A DNA stretch of 64,000 nt. Source: Octopus vulgaris. Its lineage: Eukaryota. The stretch lies in the NCBI GenBank assembly GCA_951406725.2, contig OX597814.1, positions 121,520,001 to 121,584,000 on the forward strand, in the 5' to 3' direction. The position numbers were made by a program, and so were the translations under genes. Shown in pieces: positions 1 through 13,049 of this stretch. The first letter of the stretch is position 1. Each line of letters opens with the position of its first letter. The notes below the pieces were generated by a model, which worked only from the letters and a program-made list of their open reading frames with translations, did no database searches and was not told the DNA's origin.

Positions 1-361
1 TGTATATGATATCAGACAATCAGTAAATTTCTTAGTTTCTTTTCTCACCAACAATATTCTTGTGTCCATATCCATGGAAAGGAAACCCAATTTTCGCAGA
101 TCTCATCTACTTCGTTATTAGCAGATCCAACAGAATTAAATATATTACCAATGAGTGGAACATCTAAGTTACTGTTCCGCCCATTTGATACAGCAATAAA
201 ATTCCAACAAATCACGGCCTCCACAGACTTAAAATATAAGAACACACGTAGAATAATGTAGATTAAGATACACTGTGTCTCAAACCAAAATGATGGCATA
301 TTCCTAGCTTGAAAGCTTTCAAATCTACGTCTGTCGAATCAAACGTGGCCTAGGATTAAAT

Positions 362-369
<8 letters not shown>

Positions 370-423
<54 letters not shown>
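370..423. repeat. (AT)n microsatellite
   Basis: Direct reading; one of many (AT)n tracts. Confidence 0.99.
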
Positions 424-425
<2 letters not shown>

Positions 426-2473
426 TATTGGCCATTTGGTGTACTCCAGATCTTGTTTTTAATTCCCCTAGGATAGACCGTCGTAAATGTCACTCCCGTA
501 GATTAATACAATTCCCGCATAAGTAATATAGAAATGTTATGAAATGATTTAAAGTAGAAATTTCGAACCTGATATCTCGCTGTAATCATTCCATACTCTT
601 GTAGTCACCGTCACCACATATTGAATGTACCAGCCAGTTCTTTAAGATTCACAAGAAGTGAAATTTAAATTATATCCTATACACATTACGTGATAGGGAT
701 AAATTAAACTGATTAAATTATTCTCCGTTATATTGGTCCCGCTTAGAGTTTGCTGAGATTATGGAGACTGTACATCATTAATTAGAGAATTAAATATTTT
801 GTCTCTGAGGTAAGATCCGGTTGATATCAAATGTTTCATTTATACGTGGTCAGTAAGAACTAGTTACAGATCGTGCTGATATAATCAAATATAATCCACG
901 CTTACAAAATGTGATTTCTTACACGCGTAACTGAAACGAATACATGATATCTAGCTGTAGACGTATATATTTCTTTCTCACAATGGAAACGTAATAGTTT
1001 TAAATTGGTAAATGAAACCCAACGAAGTAATTATATACTGCACCTATCATAAATGCAGTTTTACCCACATACTAATAAGTATATATCGGAAAATATATTT
1101 GTTTCTCTGATGTAAACAGCGGTAGTAGAGAAACATTGATGATTACTAGGGTTCTCGAATCTTATGTTCTCCCAATAATATATGTTTCCACGCTCGCCAG
1201 AGGTATAAATTGAAGAGAGTTCCCACTGTAGAAATTAACTTTTCAAATCCGATGATAGTTTTGGGATTTCCTTTTGAAGGTTTGTGTATATAGCAACTGC
1301 TCTGAACAAGATACGTAATTATTAATCTAATGTAGGACCCGGTGGTGTATTTAATTTACAAGCAGCTGCTAGAGGATAGAGTAATTTATGACTCAGAGGA
1401 AGAGGTATAATCTTTGTTAAGTAATCTTCAGTATATGAAATATACGCAGCCAGTGTCTCTTCTTTTAAAAGGTTGTTAGAGTATATAAAATTACAATGAT
1501 TACAGAGATTTTCCTTACAAATACAAATACAATATTGTTATTGTGTGTCTTTGATATAATAAATTATTTAGCACAGGTGTTTTTGACGGAGGCCAGTTGT
1601 TCATGTAAACGTTGTTGGAAGCTTTTATATGATTAGAGCTTCTGAAGTAGTATAAAGGTTGTGAATATATTATAATTTTAGATTGAACGTAACTGCAATT
1701 ACGTCGTTGATACAGAGAAACAAGAGTGTAGTACTGAATACGGAGGAACATCGAAAACCTGAAGGACTCAAGAAGAGATGTAATGAAAGCCAAAGTTATA
1801 ATATGAGAATGAGATTTCGTCAGTATTGATAAATTAATACGAAACAAAAAAGAATTTGTTTTACTTGTTAGTTTCTAAATCAAAAGAAACATGTTTAAGA
1901 AGTAGAGGACTAGACAACATTAATTTCAGTGTACTTGCAATAGAACTAGCGGGATAAGAAACAAAATGTGTATACTATTTCATTTATCTTCGAATCCAGA
2001 AGCTATCTATTTCCATAGAAGCCTTACTGGCGTTCGCTCAGGAGTCAACATGATTCAAACTGATAAAAAAGATGCTAGAGAATTGTACAAGAGTAAAAAG
2101 TCATCAATCTGTAGTGCAAACATTTAATGAGTCACGGTCATATAAACGTATAATGAATTACTTCTAGCTACGTGCTTGCTGAGGAGGCAATATATTTATC
2201 GGTAATATTTCCGAAGTGTAACAAATCACCAATGTGTAATGATATATTTAATTAAATACATGCACAAACTCACACACGCACATACAGAAACACACACAGA
2301 TGTATATATACGTATATGTATATATACATACATATATAACATATATATATATATGTATATGTATATACATACATATTTATATATATATGCATACATACAT
2401 ATATACATAGAGAGAGAGGGAGAGAGACAGAGACAGAGACAGAGAGAGAGAAAGAGAAACAGAGATACATACG

Positions 2474-2518
<45 letters not shown>

Positions 2519-3065
2519 GTTGCTCTTTACACATTCGACTACCATTCCGCATGTTAATAAATTAGAAAAAGTGCAATGTAGAGTGTTCATGAAATTGAAA
2601 TTTCAGAAAATCCGATTAATGAGATTATTTCCTGAGAAGCAAATACAGGCAAAAAATCCCGTGTTATGAGAGGTGACCATATATTTAACCACGTGATACA
2701 CATAGCACTACGCCCGTTTCGCAACCTTCTTCATGATGTGTTAATTTTAGTTTAGAAGAAATTAGGCGCACGTTTGCATTAACATATATGCACAACATTA
2801 TGCAATACATTTGTGCACTCATTAATTAAGGAGAATAAAAAGAGGTAGCTCAACAGCTCGTCATGATATCTGGTTTAGGTAAACAATTCAACTCTAAACA
2901 TACACATAAACACACCTCTTTTGATATATATATATATATATATATACAGAACATATATGGAAGGCCGAAACTGGACATAATTAAATTGATTTTGACAGTA
3001 AAAATAAAGATGTGTTATTTTGGTTCTAAGTATCAACTAACCTAACACACACACACGCACATGTT

Positions 3066-3277
3066 CTTTTCTACTCTAGGCACAGGGTCCGAAAATTTCG
3101 GGGAGAGGGCCATTCGATTAGATCGACCCCATTACGCAACTGGCACTTCATTTATCGACCCCGAAGGGATCAAAAGCAAAGGTGACCTCGGTGGAATTTG
3201 AACTCAGAACATAAAGACAGACGAAATAGCGTTAAGCATTTCGCTCAGCTTCCTACCATTTCTGCCAGCTCGCCGCC
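3066..3277 (-). mobile_element. tRNA-derived SINE family A
   Basis: Reverse complement has the head GGCGAGCTGGCAGAA, a B-box-like GAGTTCAAATTCC and the body TTTGCTTTTGATCCCTTCGGGGTCGATAAATGAAGT. About ten copies occur in the window. Confidence 0.85.
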
Positions 3278-3302
3278 TTCATACACACACATACACACAC
3301 AC

Positions 3303-3365
<63 letters not shown>

Positions 3366-3627
3366 CAGAAATACAGCCTTATGTATATACACTAAATAAT
3401 ATCGTTATATGAATTTGGAAATGTATCTAGATGCATAAATATAATTGAAATAGTGAAACAGGACCTGCCGCATATGTTAATAATTCTCGTTTTATAAGAT
3501 TTAAGTAAATTAAATGTGCATTTGTCCAATTCATAATTACCGTTGAACGTAAAATAAATGCTATATGCATACAGACACATGCACGTATATTTACATATCT
3601 GTGTGTTCGTGTGTTTGTGTGTGTGCA

Positions 3628-3667
<40 letters not shown>

Positions 3668-3984
3668 GTGTGTGCGTGTGTGTTTGTGTGTGTATAAGTA
3701 TCTATTCTACGACTTCTTTGCTTTAAGAGAGTGTGGGAAAATGTGTGCTTTTGAAACAGATTGAAACGACATATGAAGATTCACCAAATGAACACTGTAG
3801 CACTTATTCATGCAAGAGGCGCACATCATTGCCATACCGGTACAAAATAGTGAAGGTCCCTGTTATTAAGACTGCGCTGCTCTTGTTTAAGAGAATACTC
3901 AAGCGAACGATTTACTCGAAATCGAGATCCAGCCGTCATTTACGTATATAAGTTTCTATGTATATATATATATCAATTTCCTGT

Positions 3985-4560
3985 TCAGATCTTTATATTT
4001 AGGTAATTTGAGTGCTCCGTTATCATCATCTAAAAATGATACTTAAGTTAGGAACCACTTTTATTCTTTTTAGTACTTGCGGAAAATATTTGGCTATTTT
4101 TCTTAATGTCTGTATGCATTGGGATATTCTAGAGTGCTGTCGCTTTGTCTTTGTCAGAGACGTTTTCTTTTGTATACAACCCATAATATTTATTACTAAT
4201 TCATAAAGCTGTTGTAACTTCTAGTAGCTAAATGTCCCTGCTCCGATTTATTCTAGCTTGACTAAGACGGAATAGCCAGAGTCAATGCTATAAATTATTT
4301 CAGAACCAACTCCACACATTAAGCAATTCGGCTTCATTTCATGCACTTTAATGGTTTCTACAGAGGAGGCTTTCATAGTTTGAAATACAGCACTTCATAG
4401 CCAATATGGAATGTTTTTTTTCTTCTTTCCCCCACCATGTTCGGCTTCTTCAGATTTGGCCATGTAGGGATTTTTCTTGCTTTCCTTTAAACATGACATA
4501 ATATCTACGATGAAACATTATGCTTTGTTTTCTATCTTAGATTTTCGTTACCGCGCACCA
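3985..4560 (-). mobile_element. Highly decayed R4/Dong-like fragment (knuckle/endonuclease region)
   Basis: Manual minus-strand translation gives EKSLHGQ, CLMCG and ENVSDKDKATAL*NIPMHTD, which parallels ETVTEIEKATTLWDMPIHTD in the 56 kb copy. Confidence 0.6.
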
Positions 4561-6214
4561 TATCTGTTGTTGCCTTCCCTTTTAATTTATACCTTTTTAT
4601 TATTACAGTCTACTTAGCTTATTTGGGAAGACAAAAAAACGAATTTCTCTTCAGTTCGTGATTCGAAACGATAGCAATACTTGCAAGCTGGCACTACTAT
4701 AGGGGACAATAAACTCGTCCTACTTACTAATCTTTTATGTTTGTTTCTTTTAATTACATCGTATTTTAATTATTGTGCGTCATATTGTCCTAATTATTTA
4801 TTAACGTGGCAATGTTTGTGCCTTGAAACTTTACTCTCTCCACTTATTTTTTGTATAACACCTTACGGGTCTCCCTACGCCTTTATATAACTTATCTGTC
4901 TCTTCAACAATAGCTTTTTGGGGTGGGGGACCTTCCTAGTTAACATCATTTCATATCTGCATGCATCTTTTCTTGCCACGGTGGCTAATAAATAAATTTC
5001 TATTATTAATAACATCATCATCGTCGTCGTCGTTGTCGTCATCATTAACATCATCATCATCGCCGTTGTCAGCATCATCCTCATCATCATTGTTAACAAA
5101 TGTTTTGTTGTCGTCGTCTGCTGTAGTATACAACTAAACCCCCTTAGATGTCACTCAGTTTTAGCTACAGACACCGAAGTTTATATTTTCAGTAGAATGC
5201 CTCCTGTTGAATCTTAAAATGGTCACAACCTAATTGTCAAAGAAATTCATTTGCCGAAAGAAACATTGAAACATTTGTACTGTAACTGCAGAGAAGTATT
5301 ATTTTCACACATGGTTTGATTCTATAGCAATCTATTAACAATTCAAAACACCGTTATGTAAAAGGAAAAGAAAAATTCCCCTTATATAATATAAAGTTAT
5401 CACTTCTTTTGCAGAAATGTTACAATGAATAAATTTCTATGAGAATGAACGCCTATAAAAGAATTTCTTCATTTCATTTCGTTTCATTTTAGACTTTGTT
5501 CGAAATCGTACAAAGGCATTAACTATTGTGAAAGAATCATGAAATAAAAAGGAATTGCATTCATTTGTTGGTTGCTAAATAGAAAGAAACATGCTTACAG
5601 ACGAAAAGAACTAGAGAGCATCGATTTTAATGTCCTTGCTAAAGAAACAGAAAGAACAGGAAAAGATGTATACTATATTACTTTTATCTTCGAGTTCAAT
5701 AGTTATTTATGACAACTTTGTATATTTTAACTTTCTGATGGCGGTTGATTCGCCACGGTATTTTATCATATTCTGGTGAACAGACAATAATGCATTACTT
5801 TGGTGCTACAGTGCCACATTGTTTGTCCTTGTTAATTATATATTCTATTTTTTCTTTTGCTTAGTTATTTACATTCTTTTTTCTAATGTGACTTAGTGTA
5901 AATGCTTTGAGAAGAGAAAACAGTACCAGCTTACAGTAATGGCAGCATCGTCAAACGGAAACGGTGTCGGTTCTCGGCACATTATAGTCCTAACTACTTT
6001 GGAAAATCATATAAGTCTGCCCCTCTAGTATCTCAAGTTGTCTGTTGGTAAAAGAAGGACTCTGTGTATTTAATTAAACCACGTGAGCCTCCTAAAACGA
6101 TTGTAAATTTGATAAGTTATATTTATAGATTTAAAATCCTTCTTATAGGTATAGCTTGAAAAGGGATGTGTTCTAACAGAATGAACATTCCTCCATACTT
6201 TTTATATGTCTTTA

Positions 6215-6690
6215 TTTTCCATTAATTGATTATCAGAAAACCTTTACAAGTATTTTCCATATATGGGTATTTGAAATATTATATATGTGTAAGATAACAA
6301 TAACAATAAAAATTTACATTATGCATACATGTTATGAGCAAATAGCAAAGCTTTTCAGAGATACAGGTGAAAAAGCTTATTGGCAATATTAAATCCATTT
6401 CCATTAAAAGAGAAATATTCCAAGGAACTATACGAGCATTCAGTCCTTTTTGGCTAATGCTAAAATCTTTAACAGACATCCTTAACTGAACTGGATTCAG
6501 ACGCTAATTTTATGCTAGGTAAGACAAACAAGAATCTTTCATATATGGATCATCTAAGTCCGAATGAGGAAGAGAATAAATGGCAAGAAGCACTAACGCA
6601 AACCATAATAGATTTAGCAGAGGAATGGAGATGGGATTCGGATCAGGAAAAATGCGTCATAGCAAAATTAAATAGATAAAACAATGCTTG
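6215..6690 (+). mobile_element. Decayed R4/Dong-like reverse transcriptase fragment
   Basis: LIDYQKTFTSIFHIWVFEIL (cf. WIDYKKAFDSIPH.W), LTDILN*TG, SYMDHL (cf. YMDDL) and MEMGFG occur in the expected order. Confidence 0.65.
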
Positions 6691-6963
6691 ATTGAGGAAC
6701 AGAAGTGAAAGTTTTACAACAGGCACTTCCTCAATATCAAATCTTTCGTTTTTCATTATCCCATGCTGGCAATCCATTTATCGACATATCTACAAACCTT
6801 TCCATCTCTATACATATGTGTGTGTGTGAGAGGGCGTGTGTGTGTGAGCGCGTGTGTGTGTGAGCGCGTGTATGTGTGAGCGTGAGTGTGTGTGTATGTG
6901 TGTGCCTGGGTGCGTTCGGGGGTCTGTGTATCTGCGTATCGGTATCTGCATGTGTTTGTGTGT

Positions 6964-7012
<49 letters not shown>

Positions 7013-7039
7013 ATACGATATAATTTCTTGCTTCATTGA

Positions 7040-7560
7040 AACAATCTCTGTTTCTAGTGATAGAAAAAGTATCAGATGCATGCACACTGGGCCACACCAA
7101 ATAAAAAGAAAAGATAATTTTAAAATTGTGGAACAGTTCAAACCTGATGTGATACAGATGGTCAAGTACACGCTAAAGACAATTCTGATTTACATAACTT
7201 GCCTAGATTTTACTTAAATTTATTCCAAGTAGCTAGAGCATAAATGTCATATACGTAGCTAGAGCATAAATGTCATATACGTTCCACTGAGAACTTTCCA
7301 TAGCTATCAGCATAAACTTTCTCATTCATATCGCCTGTATGTTCTGATAATGTATTTTTCACAAATAATGTGCACTTCATATTCAGGGCTCTGATGAAGC
7401 TATAGGATATTATCCTGGTACGCAACCAAGAGTCCACAACGTCTTATAGTCAAAACAGGTGTAAGCTAATGAAGTTCATTACCTAACATTTGTTGTTTCC
7501 GGTGTCATCTCTTTGTTTCTGTCGCCTCTCTATGCTCATATAACATTGTGTTCTCGAAAA
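7040..7560 (+). mobile_element. Probable Penelope-like element 3' remnant
   Basis: Carries a minimal hammerhead motif (7388-7466) downstream of a weak GIY-YIG C-terminal-like peptide, KRKDNFKIVEQFKPDV. Confidence 0.45.
7388..7466 (+). ncRNA. Degenerate minimal type I hammerhead ribozyme motif (Penelope-type)
   Basis: GCT-CTGATGA-A-[GCTATAGGA...TCTTATAGT]-C-AAAA-CAGGTG-TA-AGC. Stem I is GCT/AGC, stem II has 9 bp and the triplet is GUA. The GAAA core is mutated to AAAA. Confidence 0.6.
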
Positions 7561-7640
7561 TAGGTATATTGAGTTCTACACTAGGTTATTAATCTCGCTA
7601 TGGCAAAGCGAATGATTAAAATTTAGATACGTATATAAGT

Positions 7641-7734
<94 letters not shown>

Positions 7735-7740
7735 GATATA

Positions 7741-7800
<60 letters not shown>

Positions 7801-7804
<4 letters not shown>

Positions 7805-7985
7805 TTAATCCAAACAAGAAAACACAGAAAAAAACACAGCAGCGCGGGGACGTGGAACAATTAAAGTATTATTTGACGCTCAGGAAAGAAGGGAAGGAGG
7901 GTTTAACGTTTCGAGCGGAGCTCTTCGTCGGAAACAAAGGAGAAGGAAAGATCCCGAGAAGGGAAGACAGAGGAAAAAAATATAT
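7801..7985 (-). mobile_element. Penelope-like terminal repeat fragment embedded in (AT)n
   Basis: A short unique block between two (AT)n tracts that contains a minus-strand minimal hammerhead. Confidence 0.55.
7901..7935 (-). ncRNA. Minimal hammerhead ribozyme motif (Penelope-type, dimer-forming)
   Basis: Reverse complement reads GTTT-CCGACGA-A-GAGC(tcc)GCTC-GAAA-CG-TT-AAAC. Stem I is GTTT/AAAC, stem II is GAGC/GCTC and stem III is the palindrome ACGT. The core has C instead of U at position 4. Confidence 0.65.
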
Positions 7986-8015
7986 TTCCTGGTGGTGCTC
8001 AAGAGATCACATATA

Positions 8016-8099
<84 letters not shown>

Positions 8100-8116
8100 T
8101 AGATATAGATATACAG

Positions 8117-8165
<49 letters not shown>

Positions 8166-8168
8166 TGG

Positions 8169-8202
<34 letters not shown>

Positions 8203-9246
8203 ATATATGTGCTTGCATGTGTGTATAACTTCCAACGCAGATAGGTTATTATGTATTATCGACATGTTACTGGCTTGCTTGAATTGAGATCCTTGAGAGA
8301 TATGGCGGAATAGATTATATATATATTTAATATGCCGTTTCTTATTTTTGTCAATACACGGCCCGAAGTTCCCTTATCATTTTACGTTATATCAGTTGTA
8401 TCTGTTTTTCTCATATACATATCGAGAAAGAAGGTAAGTCATACATGCATACATCCGTGCCTATATTTAGATATATTACTCATTTATTATTCTCATTTAT
8501 CACTACTTTCTTACACCCTGCCCCTTTAAGTACGTTCGATTAGTTTCAATCTATATGCAGTATATTATTCTGCCACTGCCACAGTGACTGAATATTTATC
8601 TAACCTGCATGCCATATTTATATTTATTATGTGATATTTAATACAATATCACTTCAATAAATTTAATAGTATTTCTTGTCTTTTATTAATTCATTTTAAC
8701 TTCTTGCCATTCATTTGTAGTTTTATTTATGATTTTGCCTCCCTATATTCCATATGAATTATTCTTTAACGTCATTGTTGATTCGATGTGTATTTATTGC
8801 TCACTCACGAATTAAATTGTCATTTTCCAATGAAAATACGTTCTAATATAACCAACAAACATCCAGTAGGTGTTCAGTAAATGTCATAAAATTCCTGGAA
8901 AACGTTCCTGTGTGCGCATGAGGAAATTATTCACTATATTTACAGCTAATTTCAATACAGTTTCGAAATGTGAAAAATATAAGATTTTATTCACTTTTCA
9001 ATTTGCTATATTTTGTTTTCAAGATTCATTAATGACGTGTCGGTTTGACAACGAAAATAATTATTTTGGATAACATGAAACATATTGAAAATTAATGTAT
9101 TATTTAGCCATCTAAAAGCCTTTTTTCCCTTTCCTAATTGTTGCTTCTGCATTTTACAAGTAATTTAATAAAAATTTATTATTCAATAAATCACAATAAT
9201 AATAACGTGTTTTGCTCATATACATACATATACACACACACACACA

Positions 9247-9319
<73 letters not shown>

Positions 9320-12069
9320 GGATGTATGTACATGTATGTATTCACTTGTATTAATATAATTGAAAAATTATAGATTGAAATATCCAAAGTAGTATATAAT
9401 GCGGTGATATCCTTGAGAATATGAATTTACATCAGCTACGCAAGGTAATGCGTTGAGGCATTATTATTTTACACAGTATATTCGCTTTGCATTCTTTATC
9501 AGTGGATCTGCTTGTTAATGTGTTCCCTACTGAATTCTTATCTCGTAGATGTATAATGAATGCCACGACAAGCTCATCTCGTCACAATGAACCTCAGACT
9601 ATGTTATCTTGTGTAATTAAGTTAAGATCATGGGATATGAATTTATGGAGATTCGGCACATATATCTAGCATATCGGCTGAGCTATTACGGTTTGACAAG
9701 TCAGTCAGCCATCGGCTGACACTCGCTGACGATCCATCGAAGAGGCCAGGGAACAGAAGAAAGAAGAAGAAAGAAGACATGCACCCAACACCAGAGCTGA
9801 AGACACCTCCGAAAGGAAGGGGCCCGCCACGTCAAAACGGTAGAGGAGTAGGGCCGAAACCGGATGTGGTTCCTCCTGATGATACTTTGAGCTAACTAGA
9901 TCCTGTAAAGGAGCTGTTGTGGTAGCAGACCACGAAACACGGTTGTAATTCCCCTGGCTTCTCACTTAAGGATAGAACACTGAAGAGTGAAAGCAAATTT
10001 TTCCTACACAGCTACTTAAAATACCCAACACGTGCATTTGAGAGTTTCCACATGCCAAGGTTGACCGGCTTGAATTGCAGCCAGTCACATATTAACTTAT
10101 TTCATAATATTTGAAAGATGTATGGTTCAATACATTCCTAGATTCTCTAAAATTGAAAAGACACCAGTTATTTTGTAATGCGTTTGTTCATAAGTGAGCT
10201 GGATCAGAGCAAAGTTATAAAACAACAATAAAAGTCAACAATTCACATATCAATTTGTAGCTTTAACACTTTGTTCAATTTTACCATACAGAACCAATTT
10301 ACATCTAAGACTGTTATGGCTGTTAAGACTTGATTCATGCCATAGAAAAATCAAATAATCAGTGACAGACTACAAACCCCAGAAGTCTTTTCTAGTTGTC
10401 TGAGACGTCAACAATATCGCAATTTTGTAGTGTAATACGGGTACATTTTAACCAACACGTAAACAAAGACAGTACATTGTAAAATGACAAAGAAACAACT
10501 TCAAAAACTAAAAACACTAGTCAGACAGATTCTGTCGAATAAAAAATTCATGGCGTACATATAATCATAAATATATTGAGGTAATAAAATGAAGAAAGTA
10601 TCTATAAAATACGTCATATCTATATGTATGTTTGTGCGTATGTGTACGTATGTATATATGTATGTATACACGTACACATACACTACTACTTATCTATTCA
10701 TATATATGTGCAGAAAAGTTAACTCCGGAATTATAAGCAATGTACTGAGGCGGTATCAGAAAATACGAAAATTAGTTATATAGACATTAAGCTCTATAAG
10801 GAACTGGAAGAGAGAAGATTGTAAAGAGAAATGAAGATGAGTAGCGTGCTTAATTTTACAAATATGATTCAAGGAATCAACCGCATTCTGATTGGTTAAA
10901 CCCTAATGAATTACATCTAAATTAATTTTATGAATACAATTGTTTGTGACTGCAGATAATAACAATAACGTTTATTGGTGGTGGCGGTTGTGGTAATGAT
11001 GACGATGATGATGATCCTCATCACTCATCGCCATCATGATCATGCTGATCTTAAATCTTGGTATATTCTTGGCCTAGGACTGCAGGTCATTCAGCAAGAT
11101 ATGCTGCAGAAATGTGTGCCTTACACACGAGTACTACATCTGCTCAGTGGAGTCTCTGATGTACAGGAGTCTCTGAAGTAAGAGCATCAGAGAACACGAA
11201 GTCTGGCAATACATATACCCCAACACAGGTGGAACGTGTCCGTTCCATATAAGCGTTTAAACTGACGCTTCAATCTACTTTAACAAGAAATGGGAATATA
11301 CACGAAGGTCAGGTGGCGATTTATAAAGGAGGTAATGTAGGCATTCGCCACTTCAGCATGATATTTTGGAGGTTATCTTCTTCAAAGACCAAAACCGTGC
11401 GAGATTAGCTTACTCTGATTACTTGTTACCAATTCTGATTCCAGTCTATTTGCAAGTCCTGATCGAACCAGCATCCGAGAGCTAAAAATGGCTTGAAGCC
11501 TACCTACATGTTTAGATTTATTTTTCTCTTGCTATTGCCTCGCATTCCCGTTCTAATGTGCCAGTGATCACTCATATCCTTGGAGGACTAAAGTAATTTT
11601 GTCATCGACATTCTCTGACAAAACCGTTTTCCATTCCCAGCTCAAAAGGATGACTCAAACTTTTCTAGTTCCTGCAACAATAGCACTTCAGTTATCGCGT
11701 ATAGAATGGACAAGAGAGTATGTACCTGACATAATGAATGCATTCATGAAAGCTAAAAACATCTGTTTAATATATTTCAGATCAGAGACCACCTACAAAT
11801 GTTGTTACTTCGAAAAAAATAAAACTGCTGATAATCGGAACGTTATTCCATCAAATAGCTGAATCGATTAATGTACGCTTACTAAGACTATATATTCATA
11901 TTTCATCCTTCTTCAGCTCCTTGCTAAAAAAGCTAATTCATTGCTTCTATTTTTCAAAATGTATGCTTTTTACTCTCTTAAAAATGTATGCCATTTACTC
12001 GCCAAATTTTGCTACCAATTGAATATATCAGAATCACATATAAAGTATGAGTATAAAGGATCCTATCAA

Positions 12070-12322
12070 TAACTGATCCCATCAACAAAGGATCTCATCA
12101 CCTTTAAACGGAATCTGAACAAATTTCTTCAAGGCATACCAGATAATCCACCTATACCGGTATACACCTCACTCAACAAGAACTCCCTACTCAAATGTTC
12201 CATGAAACCACAAAACTGGTCTTGAAAAGGATTTAGCCAATTCTATCAGGTGGTGCTATTAAGTTAAACATGGCCTGGACCAGTCTTTGGTGGAAACATA
12301 TCAAAGTTATCTAAGTTATATC
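12070..12322 (+). mobile_element. CR1-like LINE 3' end
   Basis: KDLITFKRNLNKFLQGIPDNPPIP..NKNSL is followed by a short UTR and an AAGTTATCT-type repeat tail. It matches the 22.1 kb copy (KDPITFKGNLDKY). Confidence 0.75.
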
Positions 12323-13049
12323 ATGCACAAATTTAACTTGTACTCTTCTTTCAAATTGATTAGTTTATTTTTCAAATAATTCGTTTTTCCGAATAATAAT
12401 GACTACTGAATGTTAAACCAGGAACTAATTGAAATAATGAAAATACACATATGTACAAAAATTTGCACATATTTAAAGCACATGTGATTATTTGCTTCAG
12501 TCAGCTTAAGGGAAATAACTCAGCTAAAAGTTGATTAACAAGTATTGCAAATGAGTATATCGTTTACGACTTAAAATTACCCCCTCTGGTCATTTATTTA
12601 TCCAATGATATCAAATTTCTAATTATATTTTTCACCATTAGTTAATTTACTTCAACCTGAGGATAAAAACGTGCCTCAAGATGTTCCTAATTAATAAGTA
12701 ATGAATAAATACATTACAATAACTTAATCGCTACTTTCATAACCGAACAGTCTGCTCGCCATTGCAACTTAATTTTCAAGTGTCAAGGCAAGATATTTTT
12801 CCCCTCGCGTTTTCGGTTTGGTTTCGTTGATTGATGATTATTTGACATTGTTCACTTGTATGAACAGTACTCATGAAATACAACCACTGTGTTTCGCAAT
12901 ATGGGTGTATAACTTTGTCTTTTCTAACATATGTATGTGACTATGTACGTTATTGCTGTTTAACCCCGAGATTTCCTTGTGGAACAAAACCATGATCTAT
13001 TACTTTCCATCCTTGACTATTTAATTCTTACTTCATACACATTATATTA

